From contig JBJBDL010000003.1 of the NCBI GenBank assembly GCA_047285305.1, forward strand, positions 32,001 through 96,000: a stretch of DNA of 64,000 nt, in the 5' to 3' direction. The DNA comes from Synechococcus sp. Its GTDB lineage: Bacteria > Cyanobacteriota > Cyanobacteriia > PCC-6307 > Cyanobiaceae. The translations under genes and the position numbers were made by a program. Positions 52,353 through 62,744 of this stretch are shown here, piece after piece; position 1 is the first letter of the stretch, and each line of letters begins with the position of its first letter. The notes beneath the pieces were generated by a model. That model was not told the DNA's origin. It made no database searches and saw only the letters and a program-made list of their open reading frames with translations.

Positions 52353-53072
52353 TCAACGGGTGAGCAATTGGTGGTTCACCGAGCTGAGGGCACCGTGTTC
52401 TGAATAGCGACGTGAAATGCGCTCGAGGCGCGTTGGACTCGACAGCCAAAGCGCTTCGATGTTGAAGGGCTGGTGCGGATCAATCTGGGCCGGCGCCAGA
52501 AAAGCGCCTCCATCCGGCAAAAAGATCCAGCGATCAAGATCGCCTGCGCCAAAACAGATGTTGTCCCCTGGCGAAGGGTGGTCGCAGCGCCAGTCACCGA
52601 TCAGCTGATCTGGCTCCAGGGGTGGACGTTCCAGGGCTGAACTTCCGGCGAGAAACTCACGGATCAGCACAATCCGATCCAATTGCCCCGCACCATCCCA
52701 AAGCAGCACCAAGCGATGACGGCGTTGCTCATGCAAGAACCCGAACTCGGCATAGAGCTTGGTCCAGGTGGAGCGGTGCAGCGTCCCCCTGGAAAAACTG
52801 CCGGTGCCGAAGACCCCCATGTCGGGATCCAGCCGCATGAAGCTTTGAACGATCCGCTTTTCAGGCTCGCCGGCAGGCGGTTGATGGGGAGAACTCGATC
52901 CCGCTCCCTCAGGCCAGAGCAGCAGGGTCAGATTCAGTGGCACACCGGAGGGAGCCGGTTTAAGCGTGAGCAGGGAGGGCTGACTCTTGGTGCGTTGAAG
53001 CGTCCGGTCCATGCTGTCGAACCAGCCGCGCCACTCACCAACGTTGCGCTGCAGGTGCTCCCATTCGCCCAC
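52353..53072 (-). CDS. DUF3598-family beta-barrel protein
   Basis: W..L..N.GEW.G.F, GSFS.G, EFGF....RR.R.V, LIRE, LPDG, R.Y...G. Confidence 0.7.
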   Translation of the reverse strand: MGEWEHLQRNVGEWRGWFDSMDRTLQRTKSQPSLLTLKPAPSGVPLNLTLLLWPEGAGSSSPHQPPAGEPEKRIVQSFMRLDPDMGVFGTGSFSRGTLHRSTWTKLYAEFGFLHEQRRHRLVLLWDGAGQLDRIVLIREFLAGSSALERPPLEPDQLIGDWRCDHPSPGDNICFGAGDLDRWIFLPDGGAFLAPAQIDPHQPFNIEALWLSSPTRLERISRRYSEHGALSSVNHQLLTR

Positions 53073-53172
53073 GTTCAGCCCGATCCCGATGGAGGCCTGA
53101 GGCTAGGCAGAGCCCAGACCGAGACGAGAACAACAACGCGCTCCAACAGAACCACTGCGAAGCACAGACAAC

Positions 53173-53203
53173 AAAAATCCCCACCCGGCGAACCGGATGG
53201 GGA
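53173..53203 (-). terminator. Intrinsic terminator of psaAB
   Basis: Minus strand TCCCCATCCGG-TTCG-CCGGGTGGGGA-TTTTT, about 45 nt past the psaB stop. Confidence 0.85.
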
Positions 53204-53249
53204 CGTTTGAAACGAGGAACGACTCGTCGCGGGTTAATTCAGGAAGGAA

Positions 53250-55463
53250 TCAACCAAATTTCCCTGAAGTCGAGGCAATCAGGAAGGCGGCGTACGTCAG
53301 GACATAGCCAACCGTGAAGTGAGCCAAGCCGACTACACGGGCCTGAACGATGGACAGTGCCACAGGCTTGTCGCGGTAACCCATCATGTTGGCGATGGGG
53401 CTGCGCTGGTGAGCCCAGACAATGGTCTCGATCAGTTCCTGCCAGTAACCCCGCCAGGAGATCAGGAACATGAAGCCGGTGGCCCAAACCAGGTGTCCGA
53501 AGAGGAACATCCAGGACCAGACGGCGAGGTTGTTGCTGCCGAACGGGTTGTAGCCGTTGATCAACTGGGAGGAGTTGAGCCACAGGTAGTCGCGGAACCA
53601 GCCCATCAGGTAGGTGCTGGATTCGTTGAACTGGGCCACGTTGCCGGACCAGATGGCCAGGTGCTTCCAGTGCCAGTAGAAGGTCAGCCAACCCACGGTG
53701 TTCAGAGCCCAGAAGACAGCCAGGTAGAAGGCGTCCCAGGCAGAGATGTCGCAGGTGCCGCCACGGCCGGGGCCGTCGCAGGGGAAGGAGTAGCCGAAGT
53801 CCTTCTTGTCGGGCATCAGCTTGGAGCCACGGGCATCCAGAGCACCCTTCACAAGGATCAGGGTGGTGGTGTGCAGACCCAGAGCAATGGCGTGGTGAAC
53901 CAGGAAGTCACCAGGGCCGATGGGCAGGAACACATCGGTGTTGCCATTGATCGCGTCCAGCCAGTAGTGCTCACCCGGAATGTTCTGGGAAGCAAGGCTG
54001 GCGGAGCTGGAGGCGTTGGAGAGCAGCACGTCCATTCCGTACATGGCCTTACCAGAGGCGGCCTGAACGAACTGGGCGAACACGGGCTCAACCAGGATCT
54101 GCTTCTCGGGGGTACCGAAGGCAACGACCACATCGTTGTGGACGTAGAGGCCGAGGGTGTGGAAACCGAGGAACAGGGAGACCCAGCTCAGGTGACTGAT
54201 GATCGCTTCCTTGTGCTCGAGCATCCGGGCCAGGACGTTGTCCTTGTTGGCTTCGGGGTCGTAGTCACGGATGAAGAAGATCGCACCGTGGGCGAAGGCA
54301 CCACACATCAGCGCGATGGCGATGTACTGGTGGTGGGTGTACAGGGCTGCCTGAGTCGTGTAGTCCTTCGCGATGAAGGCGTACGACGGCATCGAGTACA
54401 TGTGCTGCGCCACGAGGCTGGTGACCACGCCTAGGGAGGCGAGAGCCAGTCCAAGCTGGAAGTGCAGGCTGTTGTTGATGGTGTCGTAGAGACCCTTGTG
54501 GCCAGCGCCGAGGTCACCGGGGGTGCCCTTCGGGGGGTTGTGGGTTTCGAGGATCTCCTTGATGGAGTGACCGATACCGAAGTTGGTCCGGTACATGTGG
54601 CCGGCGATCACGAAGAGGCAACCGATGGCCAGGTGGTGGTGGGCGATGTCCGTCAGCCAGAGGGCTTCTGTCTGAGGGTGGAAGCCACCGAGGAAGGTGA
54701 GGATGGCGGTGCCTGCACCTTCGGAACTACCGAAGACCTGATTCAGAGAATCGGGGTTCTCGGCGTACACACCCCAGTTGCCGGTGAAGAAGGGTCCAAG
54801 ACCGGCGGGGTGAGGCAGAACGTTGAGGAAGTTGTCCCAACCAACGTGCTGACCGCGGGCTTCGGGGATCGCAACGTGAACCAGGTGACCGGTCCAGGCG
54901 ATGGAGCTGAAGCCGAAGAGGACAGCGAGGTGGTGGTTCAGGCGCGATTCAGCGTTTTTGAACCAGGCCAGAGAAGGACGGAACTTGGGCTGCAGGTGCA
55001 ACCAGCCGGCGAAGAGGGCCCAAGCCGACAGGATCATCATGAAGATGGAACCCTGATACAGCTCGGCATTCGTCTTCATGCCGATTGTGTAGAACCAGTG
55101 ATAAAGGCCTGAATAGGCGATGTTCACCGGGGAGGAAGCACCCGCTTGGGTGAAGGCGTCAATGGCGCCTTGACCGAAGTGGGGATCCCAGATTGCGTGA
55201 GCGATGGGGCGCACGTGCAGGGGGTCGGCGACCCACTGCTCGAAGTTGCCCTGCCAGGCGATGTGGAACAGGTTTCCCGAAACCCAAAGGCCGATGATCG
55301 CGAGGTGACCGAAATGGGTGGAGAAGAGCTTCTGATAGAGGCGCTCCTCCGTCATTCCGTCATGGCTCTCGAAGTCGTGAGCCGTGGCGATCCCGTACCA
55401 AATACGGCGGGTTGTCGGGTCCTGGGCCAGACCCTGGCTGAACGAAGGGAATTTCGTTGCCAT
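53250..55463 (-). CDS. psaB: Photosystem I P700 apoprotein A2
   Basis: [22 protein letters not shown] motif [12 protein letters not shown]. Confidence 0.99.
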   Translation of the reverse strand: MATKFPSFSQGLAQDPTTRRIWYGIATAHDFESHDGMTEERLYQKLFSTHFGHLAIIGLWVSGNLFHIAWQGNFEQWVADPLHVRPIAHAIWDPHFGQGAIDAFTQAGASSPVNIAYSGLYHWFYTIGMKTNAELYQGSIFMMILSAWALFAGWLHLQPKFRPSLAWFKNAESRLNHHLAVLFGFSSIAWTGHLVHVAIPEARGQHVGWDNFLNVLPHPAGLGPFFTGNWGVYAENPDSLNQVFGSSEGAGTAILTFLGGFHPQTEALWLTDIAHHHLAIGCLFVIAGHMYRTNFGIGHSIKEILETHNPPKGTPGDLGAGHKGLYDTINNSLHFQLGLALASLGVVTSLVAQHMYSMPSYAFIAKDYTTQAALYTHHQYIAIALMCGAFAHGAIFFIRDYDPEANKDNVLARMLEHKEAIISHLSWVSLFLGFHTLGLYVHNDVVVAFGTPEKQILVEPVFAQFVQAASGKAMYGMDVLLSNASSSASLASQNIPGEHYWLDAINGNTDVFLPIGPGDFLVHHAIALGLHTTTLILVKGALDARGSKLMPDKKDFGYSFPCDGPGRGGTCDISAWDAFYLAVFWALNTVGWLTFYWHWKHLAIWSGNVAQFNESSTYLMGWFRDYLWLNSSQLINGYNPFGSNNLAVWSWMFLFGHLVWATGFMFLISWRGYWQELIETIVWAHQRSPIANMMGYRDKPVALSIVQARVVGLAHFTVGYVLTYAAFLIASTSGKFG

Positions 55464-55485
55464 TAGAGGGAGAGGTCAGGTGAGG

Positions 55486-57789
55486 TCAGCCGACCACAAG
55501 AATGTGGGCGTGGAAGAAGGCCCACGTGGTCGCAATTCCGCCCAAGAGGTAATGGGCAACACCCACGGCACGGCCTTGGATGATGGAAAGAGCACGGGGC
55601 TGGATGGCGGGAGCCACCTTCAGCTTGTTGTGAGCCCAGACGATGGACTCGATCAGTTCCTGCCAGTAGCCGCGGCCACTGAAGAGGAACATCAGGCTGA
55701 AGGCGAACACGAAGTGGGCGCCGAGGAACATGATTCCGTAGGCGGCTGTGTTCGAGCCATAGCTGTTGATCACCTGCACGGCCTGAGCCCACAGGAAGTC
55801 ACGCAGCCAGCCATTGATGGTGATGGCGCTTTGGGCAAAGTTGCCATTGGTGATGTGCGCGACGGAACCGTCGGCATTCACCGTTCCCCAGATGTCGCTC
55901 TGCATCTTCCAGGAGAAGTGGAAGATCACAACAGACAGGGAGTTGTACATCCAGAACAGGCCCAGGAACACGTGGTCCCAAGCGGAAACCTGGCAGGTGC
56001 CACCACGACCAGGACCATCGCAGGAGAAGCGGAAGCCCAGGTTGGCCTTATCAGGGATGAGGCGGGAGCTACGGGCGTACAGGACACCCTTCAGCAGGAT
56101 CAGCACCGTCACGTGAATCGTGAAGGCGTGGATGTGGTGAACCATGAAGTCGGCGGTGCCGAGCGGCATGGGAGCAGCGGCAACCTTGCCGCCGACGGCG
56201 ACAACAGAACCGTTGAACACTTCACTCACACCCGCGAGGGCGTTGGGAGCTGTGCTGCCAGCAGCTGCGGCGTGCACGTTCTGAATCCACTGAGCAAAGA
56301 TCGGCTGAATGGAGATCGCCGAATCGCTGAACATGTCCTGGGGACGACCCAGGGCACGCATGGTGTCGTTGTGGATGTACAGGCCGAAGCTGTGGGCTCC
56401 GAGCCAGATGCAGACCCAGTTGAGGTGACTGATGATGGCGTCGCGAGCCTTGAGCACCCGATCCAGCACGTTGTCGATGTGCTTGGCGGGGTCGTAATCG
56501 CGAACCATGGCGATGGCGGCGTGAGCGCCGGCACCAACGATCAGGAAGCCGCCGATCCAGATGTGATGGGTGAAGAGCCCGATCTGGGTGGGGTAATCGA
56601 TCGCTTGGTACGGATACGGAGGCATCGCGTACATGTGCTGAGCAACGATGATGCTCACTGAACCGCCGATGGCGAGGTTGACCGCCAGCTGGGCATGCCA
56701 GGAATTGGTCATGAAGTCGTAAAGACCGTCGTGACCGTTGGTGGCAGGGAACAGCAGGGGATCACCCTTCTGACCTTCGTGGATCTCCTTGATGGAGTGA
56801 CCGATGCCCCAGTTGGTCCGGTACATGTGACCGGCAACAATGAACATCACGGCAATCGCCACATGGTGATGGGCGATGTCGGTCATCCAGAGGCTTCCCG
56901 TTACAGGATTCAAACCACCCTTAAAGGTGAGGAAATCGCTGTAGGCAGCCCAGTTGCCGGAGAAGAAGGCACCGACACCAGCACTGAAGCCGGGATACAG
57001 CTGCGCCAGCAGGTCCTGATTGAAGAACTCGTGGGGCAGCGGAATGTCTGCAGCCGAAGCGATGGTCTTGCCATTCAGCACCAGCGGTTGGCCGGCGTCG
57101 ATGGCATCCATCAACTTGGTGACAGGGGCAGACACGTGGATGACGTGACCAGCCCAAGACAGTGAACCGAGACCCAGCAGACCTGCCAGGTGGTGGTTCA
57201 GCATCGACTCAACGTTCTGGAACCACTCCAGCTTCGGCGCAGCCTTGTGGTAGTGGAAAACACCGGCGTTGAGCATGAGGCCGGCCATCACCAGGGCACC
57301 GATGGCCAAAGCCATGAGCTGGGTTTCGCTGGTGATGCCCCAGGCCCGCCACATCTGGAAGAGGCCTGAGGTGATTTGGATGCCTTGGAAACCGGCACCC
57401 ATGTCGCCGTTGAGGACTTCTTGGCCGAAGACGGCCCAGACCTGCTGGGCGCTTGGCTTCACATGGGTGGGATCAGCAAGCCAACCGGAATAGTTGGAGA
57501 AGCGGGCGCCATGGAAGAAGGCACCGCTGAGCCAGATGAAGATGACGGCCAGGTGGCCGAAATGGGCGGAGAAGATCCGCCGAGAGACCTCTTGAAGGTC
57601 GCTCGTGTGAGCGTCGAAGTCGTGAGCGTTGGCGTGAAGGTTCCAAACCCAGGTGGTGGTTTTGGGACCTTTCGCGAGAGCTCGGTCGAAGTGTCCGGGC
57701 TTGCCGAACAGCTCGAAGGTTGCTGGATTGTCAACCTTCTCGACCTGGCTTTTCGCGTCACTCCCACGCTCAGGTGGGCTGATGGTCAT
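55486..57789 (-). CDS. psaA: Photosystem I P700 apoprotein A1
   Basis: MTISPPE, TTTW.WNLHA.AHDFD, FX motif [14 protein letters not shown] 57789 with GAGGA SD. Confidence 0.99.
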   Translation of the reverse strand: MTISPPERGSDAKSQVEKVDNPATFELFGKPGHFDRALAKGPKTTTWVWNLHANAHDFDAHTSDLQEVSRRIFSAHFGHLAVIFIWLSGAFFHGARFSNYSGWLADPTHVKPSAQQVWAVFGQEVLNGDMGAGFQGIQITSGLFQMWRAWGITSETQLMALAIGALVMAGLMLNAGVFHYHKAAPKLEWFQNVESMLNHHLAGLLGLGSLSWAGHVIHVSAPVTKLMDAIDAGQPLVLNGKTIASAADIPLPHEFFNQDLLAQLYPGFSAGVGAFFSGNWAAYSDFLTFKGGLNPVTGSLWMTDIAHHHVAIAVMFIVAGHMYRTNWGIGHSIKEIHEGQKGDPLLFPATNGHDGLYDFMTNSWHAQLAVNLAIGGSVSIIVAQHMYAMPPYPYQAIDYPTQIGLFTHHIWIGGFLIVGAGAHAAIAMVRDYDPAKHIDNVLDRVLKARDAIISHLNWVCIWLGAHSFGLYIHNDTMRALGRPQDMFSDSAISIQPIFAQWIQNVHAAAAGSTAPNALAGVSEVFNGSVVAVGGKVAAAPMPLGTADFMVHHIHAFTIHVTVLILLKGVLYARSSRLIPDKANLGFRFSCDGPGRGGTCQVSAWDHVFLGLFWMYNSLSVVIFHFSWKMQSDIWGTVNADGSVAHITNGNFAQSAITINGWLRDFLWAQAVQVINSYGSNTAAYGIMFLGAHFVFAFSLMFLFSGRGYWQELIESIVWAHNKLKVAPAIQPRALSIIQGRAVGVAHYLLGGIATTWAFFHAHILVVG

Positions 57790-57794
57790 CGAGT

Positions 57795-57950
57795 CGTTCC
57801 TCGAGGGACGGGTTTCGAGGTGGTGGGCCACCCCTCCGAAGGGCCGAAGCCAATCGGGGCCCCGAACAAGGATTCACAAGGAATCGGTGTTCGGGCGTCA
57901 GTACGACAGAGGGGTCGAAACCCCTTGTCTGCACTGAAGCTGGGGCCCCA
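57795..57950 (-). ncRNA. Structured psaA 5' UTR (probable psaA RNA motif)
   Basis: Several hairpins, including UUCG loops, immediately upstream of psaA; resembles the published description of the cyanobacterial psaA RNA motif. Confidence 0.65.
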
Positions 57951-58193
57951 AAGAGGGGACCGCTGGCGGAAGCATAGGGGCGGAGAAGGGGGTTAAAGGG
58001 CCCTGAGTTACAAAGGTTCAATCCCGTGGCGAGCCAGTCAGCGACAGGCGTCTGCAGAAGGCTGCGAATCAGCGAAACAACCAAGATCTCAGGCAGTAAG
58101 CAATACAATTTCACGCATATTTACTTCCTAAATAACTAAAACTCTGCCAGTGAAGGGCGGATTGTTCAGAATGATCGGATCTGTTCATGCCCG

Positions 58194-59537
58194 ATGCGTC
58201 GCCCTGGCCTGAAGTCGATATGGGCTGTTCTGCTGGCAGCAGTGCTGCTTCTTGGTGCCGGCTTACCTGTTCATGCGCGCCCTGGATTCTTCAATCGCGA
58301 TGCAGGGTCCGCTGCCAAACCGCTGCCGAGTTCAGCCCCCAGCGGGAAGCTCCAGGAAGTGGCTCCTCCAGGAGCAGTGCAACAGCTGCGCCAGAACCTG
58401 CAACAGCACCGCCCCTCCCTGCGGCTGATCGATCCAAGCAACGACAGCATCGTTTCTTCTGACGCCCTTGAGCTGCGTTTCGAAATCGACGACTGGCCCC
58501 TCAGCAGCGACCCCGAATTGGGCCTGGGGCCCCATGTGGTGCTCCAAATCGACAACCGCGCTCCCCTACGACTCAGCAAAAGCGATGGAAACCGCCTGAA
58601 GGTCCGCATCGATGACCTGGAGGCGGGCAGTCACCGGTTCAGCGCCTGGGCCGCTTACCCCTGGGGAGAAGCCGTTCAAGCACCGGGAGCCTCAGTCCAG
58701 GGACGCGTGCACCTCTGGCAAAAACTGCAGGGCACACAACCCGAACGTGATGCCCCCTGGCTGGTCCCTGTCTCACCAACCGGAGAGCAGGGCCTGCAAC
58801 CCCTGTTGGTGGATTGGCTGATCTGGAATGCTCCCCTGCAAAACCTGCGGGAGGGCGATGGACGCTGGCGACTCCGCATCAGCATTGATGGAGACAGCTT
58901 TTTGGTTGATCACCAGGAAGCCCTTTGGCTCAAAGGATCGAACGGCTCAGGCAGCCACGACATTCAGATGGAACTGCTGAATGGGCTGGGCGAGCCAATT
59001 ACACCGGTCTTCAACAACCAGCTAATTCATCTGAAAGCCGCATCCGGTGCCAAGCCGGGCTGGATGCGCCCACGCCTCAGCGAAAGCCAGCTCGCGCGCC
59101 TGAGCGGCTCCCCTGAGCCTGACGTTCTGGAGGTGGTCGAATCCTCGCCAGAGCCTCCCCAAAAGACTGAGGAGAAACAACAGGAGAAGACAGAACAGCC
59201 CCGAGACCTTCCTCAGGCTGAGCTCAAAGCCGAGGCCGTCGTCAAGGACGAGGTTGAAACCAAGCCCGAGGCCACCCCCCAGCCCGCGGCACCAGAGGAA
59301 AACGAAGAGCAGGATCCTGAGCCACCCCTTGTTGAACAGCCGCTTGCTGAGCAGCCACCTGCTGAACAGCCATCCAAATCAGAAGCTGCTCGGCCCACTC
59401 CTCCCACTCCCGCCCCGAAGGAGCCAGCGGAGCCTCAGCAGCCAGACGACGAGGAACCCAAGCTGAAGCCAAGCAGCAGCCTGGGAGGATCAGCCCGTGA
59501 GTTGCTCAACAGCGATGGGCACTTGCGCAAGCCCTGA
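58194..59537 (+). CDS. Exported hypothetical protein with Pro/Glu-rich C-terminal tail
   Basis: Signal peptide (MRRP..hydrophobic..VHA), LG.GPH....DN, G.H, PWGE, ELL...G....FN; low-complexity tail. Confidence 0.7.
   Translation: MRRPGLKSIWAVLLAAVLLLGAGLPVHARPGFFNRDAGSAAKPLPSSAPSGKLQEVAPPGAVQQLRQNLQQHRPSLRLIDPSNDSIVSSDALELRFEIDDWPLSSDPELGLGPHVVLQIDNRAPLRLSKSDGNRLKVRIDDLEAGSHRFSAWAAYPWGEAVQAPGASVQGRVHLWQKLQGTQPERDAPWLVPVSPTGEQGLQPLLVDWLIWNAPLQNLREGDGRWRLRISIDGDSFLVDHQEALWLKGSNGSGSHDIQMELLNGLGEPITPVFNNQLIHLKAASGAKPGWMRPRLSESQLARLSGSPEPDVLEVVESSPEPPQKTEEKQQEKTEQPRDLPQAELKAEAVVKDEVETKPEATPQPAAPEENEEQDPEPPLVEQPLAEQPPAEQPSKSEAARPTPPTPAPKEPAEPQQPDDEEPKLKPSSSLGGSARELLNSDGHLRKP
59328..59372 (+). repeat. 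Three imperfect 15-bp tandem repeats encoding (L/P)(V/A)EQP
   Basis: CTTGTTGAACAGCCG / CTTGCTGAGCAGCCA / CCTGCTGAACAGCCA. Confidence 0.8.
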
Positions 59538-59606
59538 TCCGGATTTCCTGCCCTGAACCCCACATCTGCCGCTCCCGCTCTGGGCCTAGGACTGAGCCCC
59601 AGCGCC

Positions 59607-61346
59607 ATGCCGCTGTTGGAGCGTTTGCTGCTGCGCGGCCACATCGACCGGATCAAGCCAGCCGATCAAGACATCAGCATCGCCCTTGATGGGCAATGGA
59701 CGGCAGAGAACGTTGTTTTGTTCGTGGGCGCCGTGGGAGCAGTGACGCGCCTGATTGCAGCTCGGATCCAAGGCAAGGAGAAGGATCCAGCCGTTCTGGT
59801 GCTTGACCCGAAAGGAGAATTCATCATTCCGCTGTTGGGAAGCCATTCCGCAGGGGCCGAACAACGCGCCCGGGAAATCGCCATGGATCTCGGCGGGCAG
59901 GCGGTGATCACGGGCGCCTGCGCCCATGAAGGACGTCTCCCCCTGGATGCCTTTGGCGAAAGCTGGGGCTGGAAACGCAGCGGATCGGTGGCCCATTGGC
60001 GAGATCTGATGGTGCGGCAATCCCAGGGGTCCAGCATCAGCGTTCACCAGAGCAGTGGATCCACCACCTGGCGAGGCCCTGAAGGCCATCCCTTGCTGCA
60101 CAACATCGATCCCAAGGGTGTGCCAGACGCCGCTGATCTCGTGATCGGCGCGCGCCGTCAGGGTGATTGCCAGTGGCATCCAGCCACGCTCTGGATCGGC
60201 ATCGGCTGTGAGCGCAACACCAGTGTTTCGCTGGTGGAGAAGGCCATTGCCGAGGCCTTGGCAACAGCAGGACTGGCGGAGGAGGCGATCGCCGGCATCG
60301 CCAGCGCAGCGCGGAAAGCCGATGAGCCGGCCCTGCAGCATCTGAGCCAGACCCGGGCATGGCCGTTCCGAACCTTTGCGGAGCATGCCCTTGCATCCAT
60401 CGACGTGCCCAATCCCTCCGAAGTGGTGCGCCAGGAAATGGGGACTGCATCTGTGGCTGAAGCAGCGGCCTTGCTGGCTGCGGGCGAACAAGGCCATCTG
60501 ATCCAGCCCAAGCGAATCAGCCGTCCGGCAACAGGGGAGCAGGGTGCTGTGACGGTGGCCATTGCCGAGGCGGCCCTCCCCCACGCGCCAGAGAGGGGCG
60601 AACTCCATCTGGTGGGGAGCGGTCCAGGGGATCTGTCCCTGCTCAGCGGAGACGCCAAAGCGGCCCTCTCCCGTTGCTGCGCCTGGGTTGGCTACAGCCT
60701 CTACCTCGATCTTCTGGAGCCCCTGCGCCGGCCGGATCAGGTCCGACTCGATGGCCAGCTCACCCGGGAATGGGACCGCTGTGCCGAAGCGCTGCGCTTG
60801 GCCCAACAAGGGGTCAAGGTTGCTCTGATCTCCTCCGGCGACAGCGGCATCTACGGCATGGCGGGATTGGCCCTGGAGCTGCTGCTCCAGCAACCCGAGC
60901 AGGAGCGGCCCAGCTTCGCGGTGCATCCCGGCATTTCAGCCTTCCAGCTGGCCGCCGCCCGGGCCGGAGCGCCACTGATGCATGACTTCTGCTGCGTGAG
61001 CCTCAGCGATCGCCTCACGCCATGGGCCGTGATCGAAAAGCGACTGGAGGCCGCCGCCGCTGGAGATTTTGTGCTCGCTTTGTACAACCCACGCTCCAAG
61101 GGCCGGGACTGGCAGCTGGGACAGGCCAAGGAAATCCTGCTGAAACACCGCCCCCCCACAACCCCGGTGACGCTGGCGCGGCAGCTGGGCCGCGCAGAGG
61201 AATCCCGTGAGCTCACGAGCCTTGAGCGCTTGAAGCCGGAATCCGTGGACATGCTCACGCTGGTTCTGATCGGGAACAGCAGCAGCCGTGCAGAGGATGG
61301 CTGGATGGTGACGCCGCGGGGCTACCCCGGGGCGAGTCTCCAATGA
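59607..61346 (+). CDS. cobJ: CbiG-CobJ(CbiH) fusion: cobalt-precorrin-5A hydrolase / precorrin-3B C17-methyltransferase
   Basis: CbiG: GA.GA..R.IA....K..DPAV, GIGC.R, SVAEAAA; methyltransferase: VG.GPG, SSGDSGIYGMAG, SLSD.LTPW, YNP.S..R, TPRGY. Confidence 0.93.
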   Translation: MPLLERLLLRGHIDRIKPADQDISIALDGQWTAENVVLFVGAVGAVTRLIAARIQGKEKDPAVLVLDPKGEFIIPLLGSHSAGAEQRAREIAMDLGGQAVITGACAHEGRLPLDAFGESWGWKRSGSVAHWRDLMVRQSQGSSISVHQSSGSTTWRGPEGHPLLHNIDPKGVPDAADLVIGARRQGDCQWHPATLWIGIGCERNTSVSLVEKAIAEALATAGLAEEAIAGIASAARKADEPALQHLSQTRAWPFRTFAEHALASIDVPNPSEVVRQEMGTASVAEAAALLAAGEQGHLIQPKRISRPATGEQGAVTVAIAEAALPHAPERGELHLVGSGPGDLSLLSGDAKAALSRCCAWVGYSLYLDLLEPLRRPDQVRLDGQLTREWDRCAEALRLAQQGVKVALISSGDSGIYGMAGLALELLLQQPEQERPSFAVHPGISAFQLAAARAGAPLMHDFCCVSLSDRLTPWAVIEKRLEAAAAGDFVLALYNPRSKGRDWQLGQAKEILLKHRPPTTPVTLARQLGRAEESRELTSLERLKPESVDMLTLVLIGNSSSRAEDGWMVTPRGYPGASLQ

Positions 61347-61413
61347 GCGCCAAGTCTTTTTCGGCCTAGCTCAGGCCTCCATCAAGACCAGGCAATGCCA
61401 TTCAGACCAAGAA

Positions 61414-61487
61414 TCGGGATGACAGGATTCGAACCTGCGGCCCCTTCGTCCCGAACGAAGTGCGCTACCAAACTGCGCCACATCCCG
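61414..61487 (-). tRNA. trnP: tRNA-Pro(CGG)
   Basis: Reverse complement CGGGATGTGGCGCAGTTTGGTAGCGCA-CTTCG-TTCGGGA-CGAAG-GGGCCGCAGGTTCGAATCCTGTCATCCCGA. Confidence 0.97.
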
Positions 61488-61573
61488 GCACCGCAATCCT
61501 AAAAGATCGCAGTGAAGCGAAATCCAGGCGGATCTCGGCAGCGACTAGGGTCATGGATTGAAGATGCTTCGCC

Positions 61574-62443
61574 GTGCTCAAGCCGGAGTGGTTGCGCGTT
61601 AAGGCTCCGCAGCGCGAGCGAATCGGCGCCGTGGCCGACCTGCTGCTGGACTTGAACCTGAACACGGTCTGCCAGGAGGCAAGCTGCCCCAACATCGGCG
61701 AATGCTTTGCAGGCGGCACCGCCACGTTTTTGATCATGGGGCCCGGCTGCACCCGCGCCTGCCCCTACTGCGACATCGACTTCGACAAGAGCGTGCGCGA
61801 GCTCGATCCCACCGAGCCGCAACGGCTTGGGGAGGCAGTGGCCCGTCTGGGCCTGAAGCACGTGGTGATCACCTCAGTGAACCGCGACGATCTCGCCGAT
61901 GGTGGAGCGTCCCAGTTCGTGGCCTGCATCGAACAGGTGAAGCAACGCTCACCGCTCACCACGATTGAGCTGCTGATCCCCGACTTCTGCGGCAACTGGG
62001 ATGCCCTGGCAACGGTGATGGCCGCCGCCCCCCACGTGCTGAACCACAACATTGAAACGGTGCCGCGGATGTACCGCCTGGCGCGGCCCCAGGGCATCTA
62101 TGAACGCTCCCTCGAGCTGCTGCAACGGGTGCGGGACCAGTGGCCCAAGGCCTACAGCAAGTCGGGCCTGATGGTGGGGCTCGGGGAAACCGATGAAGAG
62201 GTGATCGAGACGCTCCGGGATCTGCGCAAACACAAGGTCGACATCGTCACCATCGGTCAGTACCTCTCACCTGGCCCCAAGCACCTGGCCGTCGACCGCT
62301 TTGTCACCCCGGAGCAATTCGAGACCTACAGAACCGTGGGCGAAAAGGAGCTGGGCTTCCTCCAGGTGGTCAGCACACCACTCACACGCAGCAGTTACCA
62401 CGCCGGCGAAGTGCAACGGCTCATGGCCAGCCATCCCCGCTGA
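61574..62443 (+). CDS. lipA: Lipoyl synthase
   Basis: [17 protein letters not shown], radical-[15 protein letters not shown]. Confidence 0.97.
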   Translation: MLKPEWLRVKAPQRERIGAVADLLLDLNLNTVCQEASCPNIGECFAGGTATFLIMGPGCTRACPYCDIDFDKSVRELDPTEPQRLGEAVARLGLKHVVITSVNRDDLADGGASQFVACIEQVKQRSPLTTIELLIPDFCGNWDALATVMAAAPHVLNHNIETVPRMYRLARPQGIYERSLELLQRVRDQWPKAYSKSGLMVGLGETDEEVIETLRDLRKHKVDIVTIGQYLSPGPKHLAVDRFVTPEQFETYRTVGEKELGFLQVVSTPLTRSSYHAGEVQRLMASHPR

Positions 62444-62729
62444 CGGGGATCCATTCCTGCACCTGCCAGTCCACGAGGCCATCGCGGATCATCGGGTCGT
62501 TCTGCACCCACGCCAGGGCATCGGCATAGGACGACGCTTCAAAGATCAACAAACCCCCGCCGCCCGGATGCCGATCGCCATCCACCAGGTAGCCGCTGCG
62601 TAGACGGCGGCCTGCTGCAGCTTCCTCTGAAACCCAATGGCGGTGAGCCTCCAGGGTGGGTCGCCGCTGCTCAACGGAGAGAGCGGCGGCGACGGCCGTG
62701 AAGGTTTCGGTCTTGACGAACCAGGCCAC
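62421..62729 (-). CDS. YciI-family protein
   Basis: R....AH..W, SG.L.D....PGGGGL..F.A.S...A......DP. Confidence 0.82.
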   Translation of the reverse strand: MAWFVKTETFTAVAAALSVEQRRPTLEAHRHWVSEEAAAGRRLRSGYLVDGDRHPGGGGLLIFEASSYADALAWVQNDPMIRDGLVDWQVQEWIPVSGDGWP

Positions 62730-62744
62730 GGACTGGGGACGGCG

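Noticed and set aside
53319..56661. Long + strand ORFs (371, 216, 425 aa) opposite psaB/psaA
   Set aside because: Antisense mirror frames of strongly biased genes; no recognisable domains
59586..60926. 446-aa ORF antisense to cobJ
   Set aside because: Fully overlaps a well-supported gene; no motifs
8915..61487. Four tRNA genes as possible island integration sites
   Set aside because: No integrase, no duplicated tRNA 3' ends seen, and core genes lie immediately downstream of each
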